Both the position numbers and the translations under genes were made by a program. The notes below the pieces were generated by a model that saw only the letters and a program-made list of their open reading frames with translations, did not search any database and was not told the origin of the DNA. A DNA stretch of 63,269 nt, filler included, from Candidatus Eiseniibacteriota bacterium (GTDB lineage: Bacteria; Orphanbacterota; Orphanbacteria; Orphanbacterales; Orphanbacteraceae), in NCBI GenBank assembly GCA_043809585.1. It is 5 parts of 5 records of this genome, joined end to end, with 100 filler letters (N's around TTAATTAATTAA, not from the genome) between each part and the next. Parts side by side here need not be neighbours in the genome. Positions count along the whole stretch, not along the records: positions 1 to 28,740 come from JBDROZ010000086.1; 4 more parts are not named here. One strand, 5' to 3'. Shown here one piece after another: positions 8,943-18,058 of this stretch (the first letter of the stretch is position 1; each line of letters starts with the position of its first letter).

Positions 8943-10637
8943 TCAGGGGCCGGAGCGGCGGACGGCGACCACCGTGACGTCGTCCCCCGCCGCCTCGGGT
9001 TTCACGAAGTCCATGACCGCGTCCATGAGGGCCTCGACCAACTCCTCCGGCTCCCGGCCGGCGTGGGCCTTGAGATACTCCACGACCCGTTCGTCGCCGA
9101 ACTCCTCTTCCTTGTCGTTGAATGCCTCGCACACGCCGTCGCTGTAGACGAGCAGGGTGCTTCCCCGCTCCATGACGGCTTCGGCCACACCGTACTCGAT
9201 TCCCGGAAAGGCGCCGACCATCAGTCCCCCCTCGCTGAGGGGCGTGACCGCTCCGTCCGGCCGGAGGAGGAGCGGGTAGTTGTGCCCGGCGTTCACGTAG
9301 CGGATCACGCCCGTCTCCCGGTCGATCTTCGCGAGGAAGAGGGTCGCGAAACGCTCGCCCCGGGTGCTTTGGTGGATGAACCGGTTGAGACGCAGCACGA
9401 CGTCGCCGAGGTCGAGCCGGGTCTCGAGGAAGGCGCGCACGTTCGCGTGAAGGGTCGCCATGAGGAGGGCGGCGGACATCCCCTTGCCCGAGACGTCGCC
9501 GAGGGCGAACACGATCTCCCCCTCGATGGTCTCGAGATAGTCGAAGTAATCACCTCCCACGCCGAGGCAGGGGACGTTCCGCCCGGCGATGGCGATATCC
9601 CCTACCCTGAGGACGCAGTCGGGAAGGAACTGCCCCTGGATCTCGGCGGCCCGTTTCAACTCCTCCTCGATCTGGCGCCGCCGGTTTAGCTCCTCCTGGG
9701 CGACGGTTTCCCGGATCTTGACCGCCGCGAGATGTCCGATGAGCGAGAAGAGATGGAGGTCGTCCCGGCGGAACGGTTTTCGCGCCGTCGGGTCGTCGGC
9801 GTAGAGGAGGCCGATCACGCGGTCGTCGTCCCAGAGAGGCGCGCACATGGCCGTGTGGATGTGGCGCATGATGACGCTCTGCTGGTCGCGGAAGCGCTCG
9901 TCCGTCTGGGCGTCCTCGATCAGGATCGCCTTCCGCTCCCGGATCGTCTGCTTCGCGATGCTCCGGCTGATGAGGATCTCCGGGTCCTCGGAGCCGGAGG
10001 CGCGATAGACCGCCCTGGTGTCGAGGTTCTCTTCGCCCCGCTCGCAGAGAAGAAGGGCGCACCGGTCGGGCCCGAGCACCTCGCCGACCAGGTCGACCAC
10101 GCGCTGATACAGGTCTTCGAGAGAGTGGTGGGCAAGCAGGGCCTGGCCGACGCGGTCCGCTTTCCGGATGAGATCGTTTTCCTCGCGCCTCTCCGCGGGC
10201 GCCGCCCGGTTCGCCCCGATCCTCCCGATGTCGTCCACCGCGATCGAGTCGAGGGTCATCGACCGGGCGGAGTCGATCAGTCGGGCCCCGGCCGACTCGG
10301 ATCCCGTGAGAAAACGGATCCGGAACGGGCCGATCTCGATGAGGTCCCCCGGCTCGAGCGGCTCGGACCCTTCGATGGCGGCCCCCCGGAACTTCGTTCC
10401 GTTCGTGCTCCCCAGGTCCTCGACCCGGTACCGGCCTTCTCGAAACTCGATGCGCGCGTGGTTCCGGGAGACCGGGTTCTCGCCGAGCACCACGTCGCTC
10501 TTCGAACTGCGGCCGAGCGCGCACGGCCGTTCCTCGGAGAGGGAATAGGTGCTCACCTCCCCCCGGGCGTTCGTGATCTCGAGAAAGCCCGCCGATCCGT
10601 CGATTTTCGGTCCGGTCTCCATGTCGACATCACTCAC
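8943..10637 (-). CDS. FHA + GAF + PP2C (SpoIIE/RsbU) phosphatase
   Basis: FHA LGRS..VSRNHA..DLGSTNGT; GAF AMCAPL..IGLLYAD; PP2C VGGDYFD, GDVSGKG, YVNAGH, YSDGV, DDVT; GTG start overlaps the kinase TGA. Confidence 0.92.
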   Translation of the reverse strand: MSDVDMETGPKIDGSAGFLEITNARGEVSTYSLSEERPCALGRSSKSDVVLGENPVSRNHARIEFREGRYRVEDLGSTNGTKFRGAAIEGSEPLEPGDLIEIGPFRIRFLTGSESAGARLIDSARSMTLDSIAVDDIGRIGANRAAPAERREENDLIRKADRVGQALLAHHSLEDLYQRVVDLVGEVLGPDRCALLLCERGEENLDTRAVYRASGSEDPEILISRSIAKQTIRERKAILIEDAQTDERFRDQQSVIMRHIHTAMCAPLWDDDRVIGLLYADDPTARKPFRRDDLHLFSLIGHLAAVKIRETVAQEELNRRRQIEEELKRAAEIQGQFLPDCVLRVGDIAIAGRNVPCLGVGGDYFDYLETIEGEIVFALGDVSGKGMSAALLMATLHANVRAFLETRLDLGDVVLRLNRFIHQSTRGERFATLFLAKIDRETGVIRYVNAGHNYPLLLRPDGAVTPLSEGGLMVGAFPGIEYGVAEAVMERGSTLLVYSDGVCEAFNDKEEEFGDERVVEYLKAHAGREPEELVEALMDAVMDFVKPEAAGDDVTVVAVRRSGP

Positions 10638-13318
10638 GAGCCCGAACCGCTTTTCGGGCGGAATTCGGAATACCAGTTCTGGACCACCGTGATCCCGAGG
10701 GAACCCCGGGGCCGTTCGTCGCCCCCGGCGGCTTTCAGGATGATGAACTTTTCGCCGTCCTCCGTCACGGCGAATCCGTCCGGCCATCCGAAGGCGAGCT
10801 GGATCCCGCTCGGGGCCCGCTCGAAGAGGGCTTCCGGCGATCCGAGCCGGATCGACGACGACGTGGCCTCCACGGGAACGGCCATCACGGTCTGCTTTTC
10901 CACGTAGTAGAGCTCGGTTCCGTCGGGATTCCATTGCGGCCAATGTCCGCCGTTCACCGAAACCTGCCACTTGCCGTCCCCCTCGGGGAACCGCTTGACG
11001 TAGATCTCCTCCCGGCCCGATTCGTCCGAGATATAGGCGACGTACCGCCCGTCGGGGGAGAGGGCCGGCGTATATTCAATCGCCTTCGAGTCGACGAAGT
11101 GGACCGGATCCCCCGCCGCGAGACCGTCCTCGCCCAGGGGAACGTACCAGAGGTTCCACTCGCCGCTCTCCCGGGAACTATAAAGGAGATACTTCCCGTC
11201 GGGCGAGACGGTGAAGAACCCCCCATTCGCGATGTCCACCGGGGCGCCCGTGCCGTCGGCGGTGCGCATGCGAATGGTGTATCGGTCCGACGCATCCCCC
11301 CAGCGGTAGTAGATGCGCCGGCCCGTGGGGTCCCACTGCGGCCGGGTCTCACTCTCCTCGTCGAAGGTGAGCCGGGTCTTCGTCTCCCGCACCGTGTCGA
11401 AGATCCAGATGTCCCGGTTCTCGTTCTCCCGGATCGGGATCGCCACGCGCCGGCCGTCGGGAGAGATCGACGGGAACGGGGTCTGGTCCTCCGCGGGCCC
11501 CAAGGTGCCGAGTTCGCGCCCCGTACGATCGACCCAGACGAGCTGGGTCTTCGTCCGGAGGGTGCCCCGGGAGTAGACGAGCGTGCCGTCGGCGCCGACG
11601 CTCGGCAGCGCCCCCTCGGGCACGGCGAGGAAAGGCTCGCCCGTCGGCTCGAGCTTGGAGAGGGAGAAGGGGAGGGCCCAGATTCCCGGGTTCGTCGGCT
11701 CCCGGTGATAGAGAATGTGGCCCGACGGGGAGTAGACCGGCATGCTGAGCTCCTGGCTGGGGAGCTGGACGACCCGCCTCCGAACTCCTCCCGCCAGAAG
11801 GTCGATGGTGTCGTAACCTTCCTTTCGGTGAACGACGAAGAGGAGCCCTCGGTCGCCCGGCAGGTCGCAGACGTTGTGGAAGTCGTCCTCCACTTCCTTG
11901 TCGGGCTCCAGGACCACCGTCGGGTCGCCCCCCTGGGCGCCCACCTCCAGAAGTCCGCCGTTGCCGGTGCAGAAGACGATGCGTCCGTCCGATCGCCACG
12001 CCCCGCCCGCGGCGGGGCTGAACGGCTCCGGCAGTTCGCAGAGCATGATCGCGTTGCCCCCGGAGACGGGCGCCTTCCACAACTTCCCCGACGCCCCGAA
12101 ACCGACCCACCGCCCGTCGGGGGACCAGAACGGCTTCTGGGCCCCTTCCGATCCATCTACCTTTCGAGGCTCGAGTTCGCTCAGGTTCCGGATCCAGAGA
12201 GAGCGATCGCCGAGATAGGCGAGCAGCCCCCCGTCCGGCGAGAGGGCGAGGGTGGTTCCCGTCGAGAGATTCGTATCCATGTCGCCGAGGGGGATCTCGT
12301 ATTTTCGAAGAGGGCGCTCGGTCTCCCCGGATTTCAGCGTCCACCCCACCACCCCCGCCCCGGCGGCGAGAAAGAGGAGCGCGCCGGCGAGGGCCAGGCG
12401 GGTCCGCCTCCCGATGCCCGTCGCCGCGGGCGGCGCGGCTGCGGGAGCATCGTCGGGGACCCCCGCCGCCATCTCCTCGAGGACGATACGCGCCTCGCCG
12501 ATGTCCCGAAGCCGGCGGCGCGGGTCGCGCTCCAGGCAGCGGCGGATCAGCCGCCGGAGGCGGAAGGGCACGCTGTCGGGAAGGGCATTCCAGTCCGCCT
12601 CCTTCATGAGCACCGACGCGAGCGTGTCGGAAACGGTCTCCCCCGAGAAGAGGCGCCGGCCCGCCAACATCTCGTAGAGGATCACGCCGAAGGCCCAGAT
12701 GTCGGCCCGCCGGTCCACGACCGATCCCCGGGCCTGCTCGGGACTCATGTAGGCGGCCGTGCCGAGTATCACGTTCGCGCCGGTCATCCCGCCGGTGATG
12801 GTGGGCGACTGGGAGAGCATCGCCGAGCCGCTCCCCTCCCGGTCGTCCTCGAGCGCCTTGGCGAGCCCGAAGTCGAGCACCTTCACCTGTCCCTCCGGCG
12901 TCAGCTTGATGTTCGCCGGCTTCAGATCCCTGTGGATGATTCCCCGCTCGTGGGCGTTCTCCAGGGCTTCGGAGATCTGGAGGGCGATGGGGATCGTCTG
13001 CTCGGGCGTGAAAGGGGAGGCCTCGATCCGGTCGGCGAGGGTCGGTCCCTCGATCAACTCGAGCACGAGGGCGTGGGCCCCCTTGTCCTCCTCGAGCCCG
13101 TAGATGGCGCCAATGTTCGGGTGGTTGAGGGACGCGAGAAGCTGGGCCTCCCGCTGGAATCGGGCCATCCGCTCTCCGTCCCGGGCGTACGCCTCGGGAA
13201 GGACCTTGATCGCCACTTGACGGCCGAGCTTGGGGTCGCTCGCGCGATACACCTCGCCCATGCCGCCGGCGCCGATCTTCTCGAGCACTTCGTAGTGGGA
13301 GATGTTCTTCTGAACCAC
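10634..13318 (-). CDS. Membrane Ser/Thr protein kinase with C-terminal TolB-like (PD40) beta-propeller
   Basis: GAGGMGEVY, VAIK, HRDLKPAN, DFGLAK, YMSPEQ; TM helix; repeated SPDG motifs; GTG start with RBS AAGGAG. Confidence 0.94.
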   Translation of the reverse strand: MVQKNISHYEVLEKIGAGGMGEVYRASDPKLGRQVAIKVLPEAYARDGERMARFQREAQLLASLNHPNIGAIYGLEEDKGAHALVLELIEGPTLADRIEASPFTPEQTIPIALQISEALENAHERGIIHRDLKPANIKLTPEGQVKVLDFGLAKALEDDREGSGSAMLSQSPTITGGMTGANVILGTAAYMSPEQARGSVVDRRADIWAFGVILYEMLAGRRLFSGETVSDTLASVLMKEADWNALPDSVPFRLRRLIRRCLERDPRRRLRDIGEARIVLEEMAAGVPDDAPAAAPPAATGIGRRTRLALAGALLFLAAGAGVVGWTLKSGETERPLRKYEIPLGDMDTNLSTGTTLALSPDGGLLAYLGDRSLWIRNLSELEPRKVDGSEGAQKPFWSPDGRWVGFGASGKLWKAPVSGGNAIMLCELPEPFSPAAGGAWRSDGRIVFCTGNGGLLEVGAQGGDPTVVLEPDKEVEDDFHNVCDLPGDRGLLFVVHRKEGYDTIDLLAGGVRRRVVQLPSQELSMPVYSPSGHILYHREPTNPGIWALPFSLSKLEPTGEPFLAVPEGALPSVGADGTLVYSRGTLRTKTQLVWVDRTGRELGTLGPAEDQTPFPSISPDGRRVAIPIRENENRDIWIFDTVRETKTRLTFDEESETRPQWDPTGRRIYYRWGDASDRYTIRMRTADGTGAPVDIANGGFFTVSPDGKYLLYSSRESGEWNLWYVPLGEDGLAAGDPVHFVDSKAIEYTPALSPDGRYVAYISDESGREEIYVKRFPEGDGKWQVSVNGGHWPQWNPDGTELYYVEKQTVMAVPVEATSSSIRLGSPEALFERAPSGIQLAFGWPDGFAVTEDGEKFIILKAAGGDERPRGSLGITVVQNWYSEFRPKSGSGS

Positions 13319-13752
13319 CCGTCGAACTCCTTGGGCGCTGGAGGGGGCACACCGAATGGGGTTTCGGCCGCGGATTGCCGGGAACGGGATCAACGCGGCC
13401 GGAATCAATGGTATTCGGATTCCTAATAATTATTAGTACATTTCCTGCCGCCGCGCCACCGTCCCGAGGACGGCGGGGTGGGGGGCGGCTCCGGGAGGGA
13501 TGGGGGCATAACCGGGGAGTTGTTGCCGAGAGAGGTCAGATTCTCCCACCGGTCCCGGTTCGATCCTTCGATACACCGCCCGGCTTCGCCGGGCGGCACT
13601 CAGGACGAACGGGGGATGGTGAGCGCAGCACAGGTGACTGTCGGCGATGTGGGGCACAAGTGGGCGGACGAAACGACCTTCTCTCCCCTTCCGGGCGGCC
13701 CTTCGATGCGGATCCTCACTCCGTTCGGATCCTACTCAGGACGAACGGTGCA

Positions 13753-13974
13753 TTAGCCTTGATTTTTCAGAAACTGTGGCCCTGAATTCGGTGAGCGGGA
13801 GCCGGGGGGGCAAGGGCTGGCTTGCTCAAACAGTCCTCGCGCGCCGGCCCAAGCATCGAGGCGTCCCGCCACACAGGGTGAGGCCGGCGCGCTGCGGAAC
13901 TCGCCGCTTAAGCCTAACCCCCTGGCCCCCTACTCGGCTCGAGACGTATGAGTGTTTTGAAAGATCAAGGTTAG
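13753..13974. mobile_element. Complete MITE (~214 bp) with TTAG target-site duplication
   Basis: TTAG|CCTTGATTTTTCA ... TGAAAGATCAAGG|TTAG; internal core on minus strand CCGCAG-CGCGCCGGCC..GGCCGGCGCG-CGAGGA (13834-13897). Confidence 0.8.
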
Positions 13975-14189
13975 GTCCTTATTCGGCAGTCCTTGCTGAT
14001 CATTCGTAGCCACGGGCGGGTGGCCGGGGTGTTGGGTGGGGGGATGAAGCGGCGAGTTGCCGGGAGCGCCGGTGAGCTTCATGCTGGCCACTGGAAGATC
14101 GAGTAGGCGCGGACGGCTTGTCTGAGCCGCCATCCCCCCACCCGCGCCCCGGACAGGCCCTGCCCGTACTGACATGGACCGTCGGCCGC

Positions 14190-15473
14190 CTATTCTTCCT
14201 GCTCTTTGAACTCCCCCGCGATGCGCCCGAAGACGACCATCGCCACGATCCCCAGGATCGTGTGGGCGGCGAGCGTGTACCAGACCCGCTCCGCGTGGCC
14301 CTGGGCGATGAACACTCCCGAAAGCCAGGTGTACAGGCCGCTCGTGAAGCCCCCGATCCCGACGGCGAGGAAGTTCGCGCCCATGTAGAGCCCCGCTTTC
14401 TCCTTCGGCGCGATCCAGGTGATGTACTCCTGGATCCGGGGGGACGAGATCATCTCCCCCACGGCGAAGAGGAAGATCCCGAGGAACACCAACGGCGCCG
14501 CGCCCGTGGCCGCCCGGCCGAGCACCACGAACCCGACCGCCGCGATGAAGACTCCGACCAGGAACGACGGCATGGCCCGGAACTTCTCGAAGAACCGGGA
14601 GACGAAAACCTGGAGGATCATGATGATGTAACCGGTATGGGAGATCGTCTCGCCGAGGATCTTCCGCGTTCCCCCCTCCTCGTGGGAGAAGAAGTTCGCG
14701 AACCCCGCGCCGAAGACGCTCCGCACGGCGTTGTACAGGCTCGCCGTGTCGATGTTCCGGTCGACGTAGACCGCGCACAGGTTGAAGAACGCCCAGAAGG
14801 GGAGCCAGAAGAAGAGGCCGAGGAGCGCCAGGAAGATCGCGAACTTCACGTCCGAGAGGGCCGTCCCGATGTCCCGGAACTTCTGGCCGAGAGTCGCGCC
14901 CTCGAGCTCCCTCTTCGGCTCTTTGTAGAAGAAGAGGGTCACGAGGAACATGACGCCGATGGTGATCGCCGCGACGATGAACGCGTAGTTCCAGGAGATC
15001 GCCCGGAGCTTGCCCGCCACGACGGGACCGAAGGAGCCGCCCACGTTCACCATGGCGTAGAAGATCCCGAAGCCCATGGTCTTGTTCGACCCGTCCGTCA
15101 CGGCCCGCACGGTCCCCGAGATGAGGGGCTTGAAGACGCCCGCGGCGAACCCGATGCTGAGCATGGTGAGGGCGATCCCCGAGAAGGACCGGGTGAAGAT
15201 CAGCAGCAGGATCGACGGCAGGTAGGCGGCGTACGAGACGAGGAGCACCTTCTTGAAGCCGAACCGGTCGGCGAAGGTCCCCGAGATCACCGGGACGAAA
15301 TAGGAGATCGCCAGGAAGAGGCTCTGGATGATCCCGAGTTCCCCCCGGGAATACCCGAGTTGCTCCATGTAGATGCCGAAGCCGAAGTAAATGCCGTAGT
15401 AGGCGAACCGCTCGAGGACCTCGATCAGGTTCGCGACCCAGAAGACCGGCGGAAAGGGTGTTCTCTTCTCCAT
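14190..15473 (-). CDS. MFS transporter, POT/PTR family
   Basis: EVLERFAYYG (ExxERFxYY), GTFADRFGFKK, GFGIFYAMVNVG, GEMISSP. Confidence 0.9.
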   Translation of the reverse strand: MEKRTPFPPVFWVANLIEVLERFAYYGIYFGFGIYMEQLGYSRGELGIIQSLFLAISYFVPVISGTFADRFGFKKVLLVSYAAYLPSILLLIFTRSFSGIALTMLSIGFAAGVFKPLISGTVRAVTDGSNKTMGFGIFYAMVNVGGSFGPVVAGKLRAISWNYAFIVAAITIGVMFLVTLFFYKEPKRELEGATLGQKFRDIGTALSDVKFAIFLALLGLFFWLPFWAFFNLCAVYVDRNIDTASLYNAVRSVFGAGFANFFSHEEGGTRKILGETISHTGYIIMILQVFVSRFFEKFRAMPSFLVGVFIAAVGFVVLGRAATGAAPLVFLGIFLFAVGEMISSPRIQEYITWIAPKEKAGLYMGANFLAVGIGGFTSGLYTWLSGVFIAQGHAERVWYTLAAHTILGIVAMVVFGRIAGEFKEQEE

Positions 15474-15589
15474 GGGCTTCTCCCGGATTGAGTGGCAGGC
15501 CGTCGACGAACGGCCGGATTGTATCAAACCGGGGCGCCGGTCACCACGAAACCGTGTCGAGATCGAGAACGCACGCCGGCACAGGACCG

Positions 15590-15631
15590 AAAAAGGACGA
15601 CGGGCCGGGAGCCTTTGCCCACCGGCCCGTC
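15590..15631 (-). terminator. Probable intrinsic terminator
   Basis: GACGGGCCGG/CCGGCCCGTC stem followed on the minus strand by a T-run, downstream of the 15681-16574 gene. Confidence 0.5.
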
Positions 15632-15680
15632 ACCGGAACCGTCACCCGCGGGGAGCGAAACGCGCGGGTCGGCCGTGAAT

Positions 15681-16574
15681 CTACCTCTTCTCGCCCCCGC
15701 CGCACGGGACGATTTCGAAATCGCCCTCGCTCTGGTCCTCGACCCCCGAAAGCAGGTCCCGTATCCGGATCCGGTAGGGGCCGGCGGCTTCGTCGCATGA
15801 CGCGGCGATCCACTCGTACTCACCCGTGTTCGGGGCGCTCTCGGCGACGGTGCCGCACGGGACTCCGTCCCGAAGAAGTTCGATGGCGACCGAATCGCCG
15901 CAATCACTGGCGGTCCAGGTGATCATGGCCGGAAAGTCGGCGCACAAGGTCTCCCCGCCGTCCGGTGCGGAGAGAAGCAGACCGCAATCCCCGGTCTCCT
16001 CGCATCGGTCGAGCGGATAGAGGAAGTACATGGCCCACCCGCCGCCGGGGAAGCGGAGCCCCTCAGCCCAGGCGCCTTCCTCCGCGATCGGGGCGCCCTG
16101 CCCTCCGCGGAAGGCCAGATCGGCGTGGACCGCCATATAGGCGTCGCCCGGACCGAGCCGGAACTGGGCGGCGTCGAACAGATACGTGTAGGTCGTCACG
16201 GGCGGATCGTGCTCCGCCTTCAGGGGGAATTTCCCGATCTTGGGCCGCCCCGTACGCGTCTGGGGAATCGCCCGGAGATTCGGACCGACGGCGACCTGGG
16301 TCCCGTGGAGCACCCATTCCCCGGACGTCGCGATCTCGACGCGCATCTCGTTGGCTTCGAGCGCGACGGTCACTGACCCGGCGTCGATCTGCCTTCCGGC
16401 GATGAGCGGAACGGTGATCGGATCTCCGCACAAGGAGCCGGCGCCGAGAGGAAGAACCACGGGCCGGGGCGGAGCGAGGGCTCTTTCGGGACCGGTCGGA
16501 TTTTCCTCCCCCACGCACCCTGCGAGGAGACCGACCAACCCCAAGACCAAGAGGAAGAGGTTCGGGTTTCTCAT
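15681..16574 (-). CDS. Lipoprotein, hypothetical, with C-terminal Ig-like (Kre9/Ser-Thr-rich-type) module
   Basis: Lipobox LLAGC; N-domain PLIAGRQIDAGSV..EEGAWAEG; C-domain PDGGETL..ITW..PNTGEYEW..DQSEGDFEI; RBS AAAGGAGG. Confidence 0.75.
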   Translation of the reverse strand: MRNPNLFLLVLGLVGLLAGCVGEENPTGPERALAPPRPVVLPLGAGSLCGDPITVPLIAGRQIDAGSVTVALEANEMRVEIATSGEWVLHGTQVAVGPNLRAIPQTRTGRPKIGKFPLKAEHDPPVTTYTYLFDAAQFRLGPGDAYMAVHADLAFRGGQGAPIAEEGAWAEGLRFPGGGWAMYFLYPLDRCEETGDCGLLLSAPDGGETLCADFPAMITWTASDCGDSVAIELLRDGVPCGTVAESAPNTGEYEWIAASCDEAAGPYRIRIRDLLSGVEDQSEGDFEIVPCGGGEKR

Positions 16575-16647
16575 GGCGACCCGCCTCCTTTCACGGTTTC
16601 CCGGGACAGTCCGGCCCCGGACCATTCGCAACCGCGATACACCTCTC

Positions 16648-16662
16648 GCACGACCCGTGCCG
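16648..16662 (-). promoter_or_regulatory. Candidate sigma-54 (-24/-12) promoter
   Basis: Minus strand CGGCACGGGTCGTGC = GG-N10-GC, about 75 bp upstream of ATG 16574. Confidence 0.55.
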
Positions 16663-16707
16663 GGAGCGGCAGAAACCGGCGCAAAACACGCGGCGTAACT
16701 ACATGAA

Positions 16708-16720
16708 TATCAAGTTATTG
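16708..16720 (+). promoter_or_regulatory. Candidate IHF binding site
   Basis: TATCAAGTTATTG matches WATCAANNNNTTR exactly, in an AT-rich patch upstream of the sigma-54 site. Confidence 0.5.
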
Positions 16721-17148
16721 AAAGACCGGTCTCCACCGCGACCCGGGAACGGATGTCCGGGATGGTGATTCCCTGCTCACCTGGTCAGGCTTCCACCAGG
16801 GCCGGCGGGTACCGGATCCGGGCCGGATGGTCCCGGAGAGGAGATCCGCGGCACCGATGGAGGCCGGGCGGGCAGGAGAATACCGAGGCACCCGGTCGGA
16901 GAGCCAAGAACCGCGATCTCTCCGAAAAGGGCGTTTTCGATGATCCGACAGAGCCGCCTCGGGAGGAAGTAGTCGATGGGGGCCGCCGCGAGGAAGGGAA
17001 GCCCCTGCGGGCCGGGGTCCCCTGCCTCCTTGCGCACCGCCGGGCATCCCTGCATGATGGGGGCGCACGCGGTCGCCCCTCCCCCGAGGACGGCCGGCGC
17101 CAACGACTCGAATACGGAGCGCGCGCTCCATCACCGGGAGATCAAGTC

Positions 17149-18027
17149 ATGAACGAATTCTGGAATTCGATCGACCTCAGGCTGGCGATTCCCGTGCTCG
17201 TCGCCTTCCTGCCCCGCCTCATCGTCGCCCTGTTCGTTCTCTTCGCCTTCTGGGTCGGCTACCGCGTCATCCGTCGCCCCCTGCGCGCGATCCTCGGGCG
17301 GAGCGGCATGGCGGCCCCGCTCGTGCACCTTCTCGTGGACAACGTGGTCCGCTTTTCCCTCCTCGCCTTCGCTCTCGTCATGGCGGCAAGCCAGGTCGGG
17401 ATCAACGTGGGAGCGGCGCTGGCGGGCATCGGAGTGGCGGGCATCGCGATCGGATTCGCGGCCCAGGATTCGCTCTCGAACACCATCGCCGGCTTCATGA
17501 TCTTCTGGGACAAGCCCTTCGCGGTACACGACTGGGTGGAGGTGGGGGGTGAATTCGGACAGGTGACCGAGATCACCCTCCGTTCCACCCGGATTCGCAC
17601 GATGAAGAACACGTACGTGGTGATCCCGAACAAGAACATCATCGACCAGGTGCTCACGAACCACACGAAGCACGGCGAAACCCGTATCGACGTCCCCATC
17701 GGCATCGCCTACAAGGAGTTCATTCCGGAGGCACGGCGGGTCTTGCTCGAGGCAGTGAAGGGTGTGGAGGGTCCGCTCGCGAACCCCGCCCCCGACGTCG
17801 TGGTGATCGCCCTCGGTGGATCGAGCGTCGACCTCCTCGTCCGGGTGTGGACCGACGATTCTCGGGACGAAGCACGCCTCTTCTCGGCGACTCTCGAAGC
17901 ATGCAAGCTCGCCCTCGACGAGGCGGGCATCCAGATTCCCTACCCCCATCTCCAGCTCTTCGTGGACAACGTGGAGGAGAGGGTATGGGAGAAGGCGGCC
18001 CGGCTCGGGAGGGGGCCATCGGTGTAA
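17149..18027 (+). CDS. mscS: Small-conductance mechanosensitive channel
   Basis: GVAGIAIGFAAQDSLSNTIAG, KPFAVHDWV, GQVTEITLRSTRI, VIPN, IQIPYP. Confidence 0.93.
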   Translation: MNEFWNSIDLRLAIPVLVAFLPRLIVALFVLFAFWVGYRVIRRPLRAILGRSGMAAPLVHLLVDNVVRFSLLAFALVMAASQVGINVGAALAGIGVAGIAIGFAAQDSLSNTIAGFMIFWDKPFAVHDWVEVGGEFGQVTEITLRSTRIRTMKNTYVVIPNKNIIDQVLTNHTKHGETRIDVPIGIAYKEFIPEARRVLLEAVKGVEGPLANPAPDVVVIALGGSSVDLLVRVWTDDSRDEARLFSATLEACKLALDEAGIQIPYPHLQLFVDNVEERVWEKAARLGRGPSV

Positions 18028-18058
18028 TTCAGCAGAACCGATGGCCATCCGCGCGATC

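Noticed and set aside
13500-13585. GGTTCGATCC resembling a tRNA T-loop
   Set aside because: No paired T-stem, acceptor stem or cloverleaf.
16885-16962. Weak inverted repeat (GGTCGGA..TCCGAC) upstream of mscS
   Set aside because: Too short and degenerate, with no target duplication or shared core.
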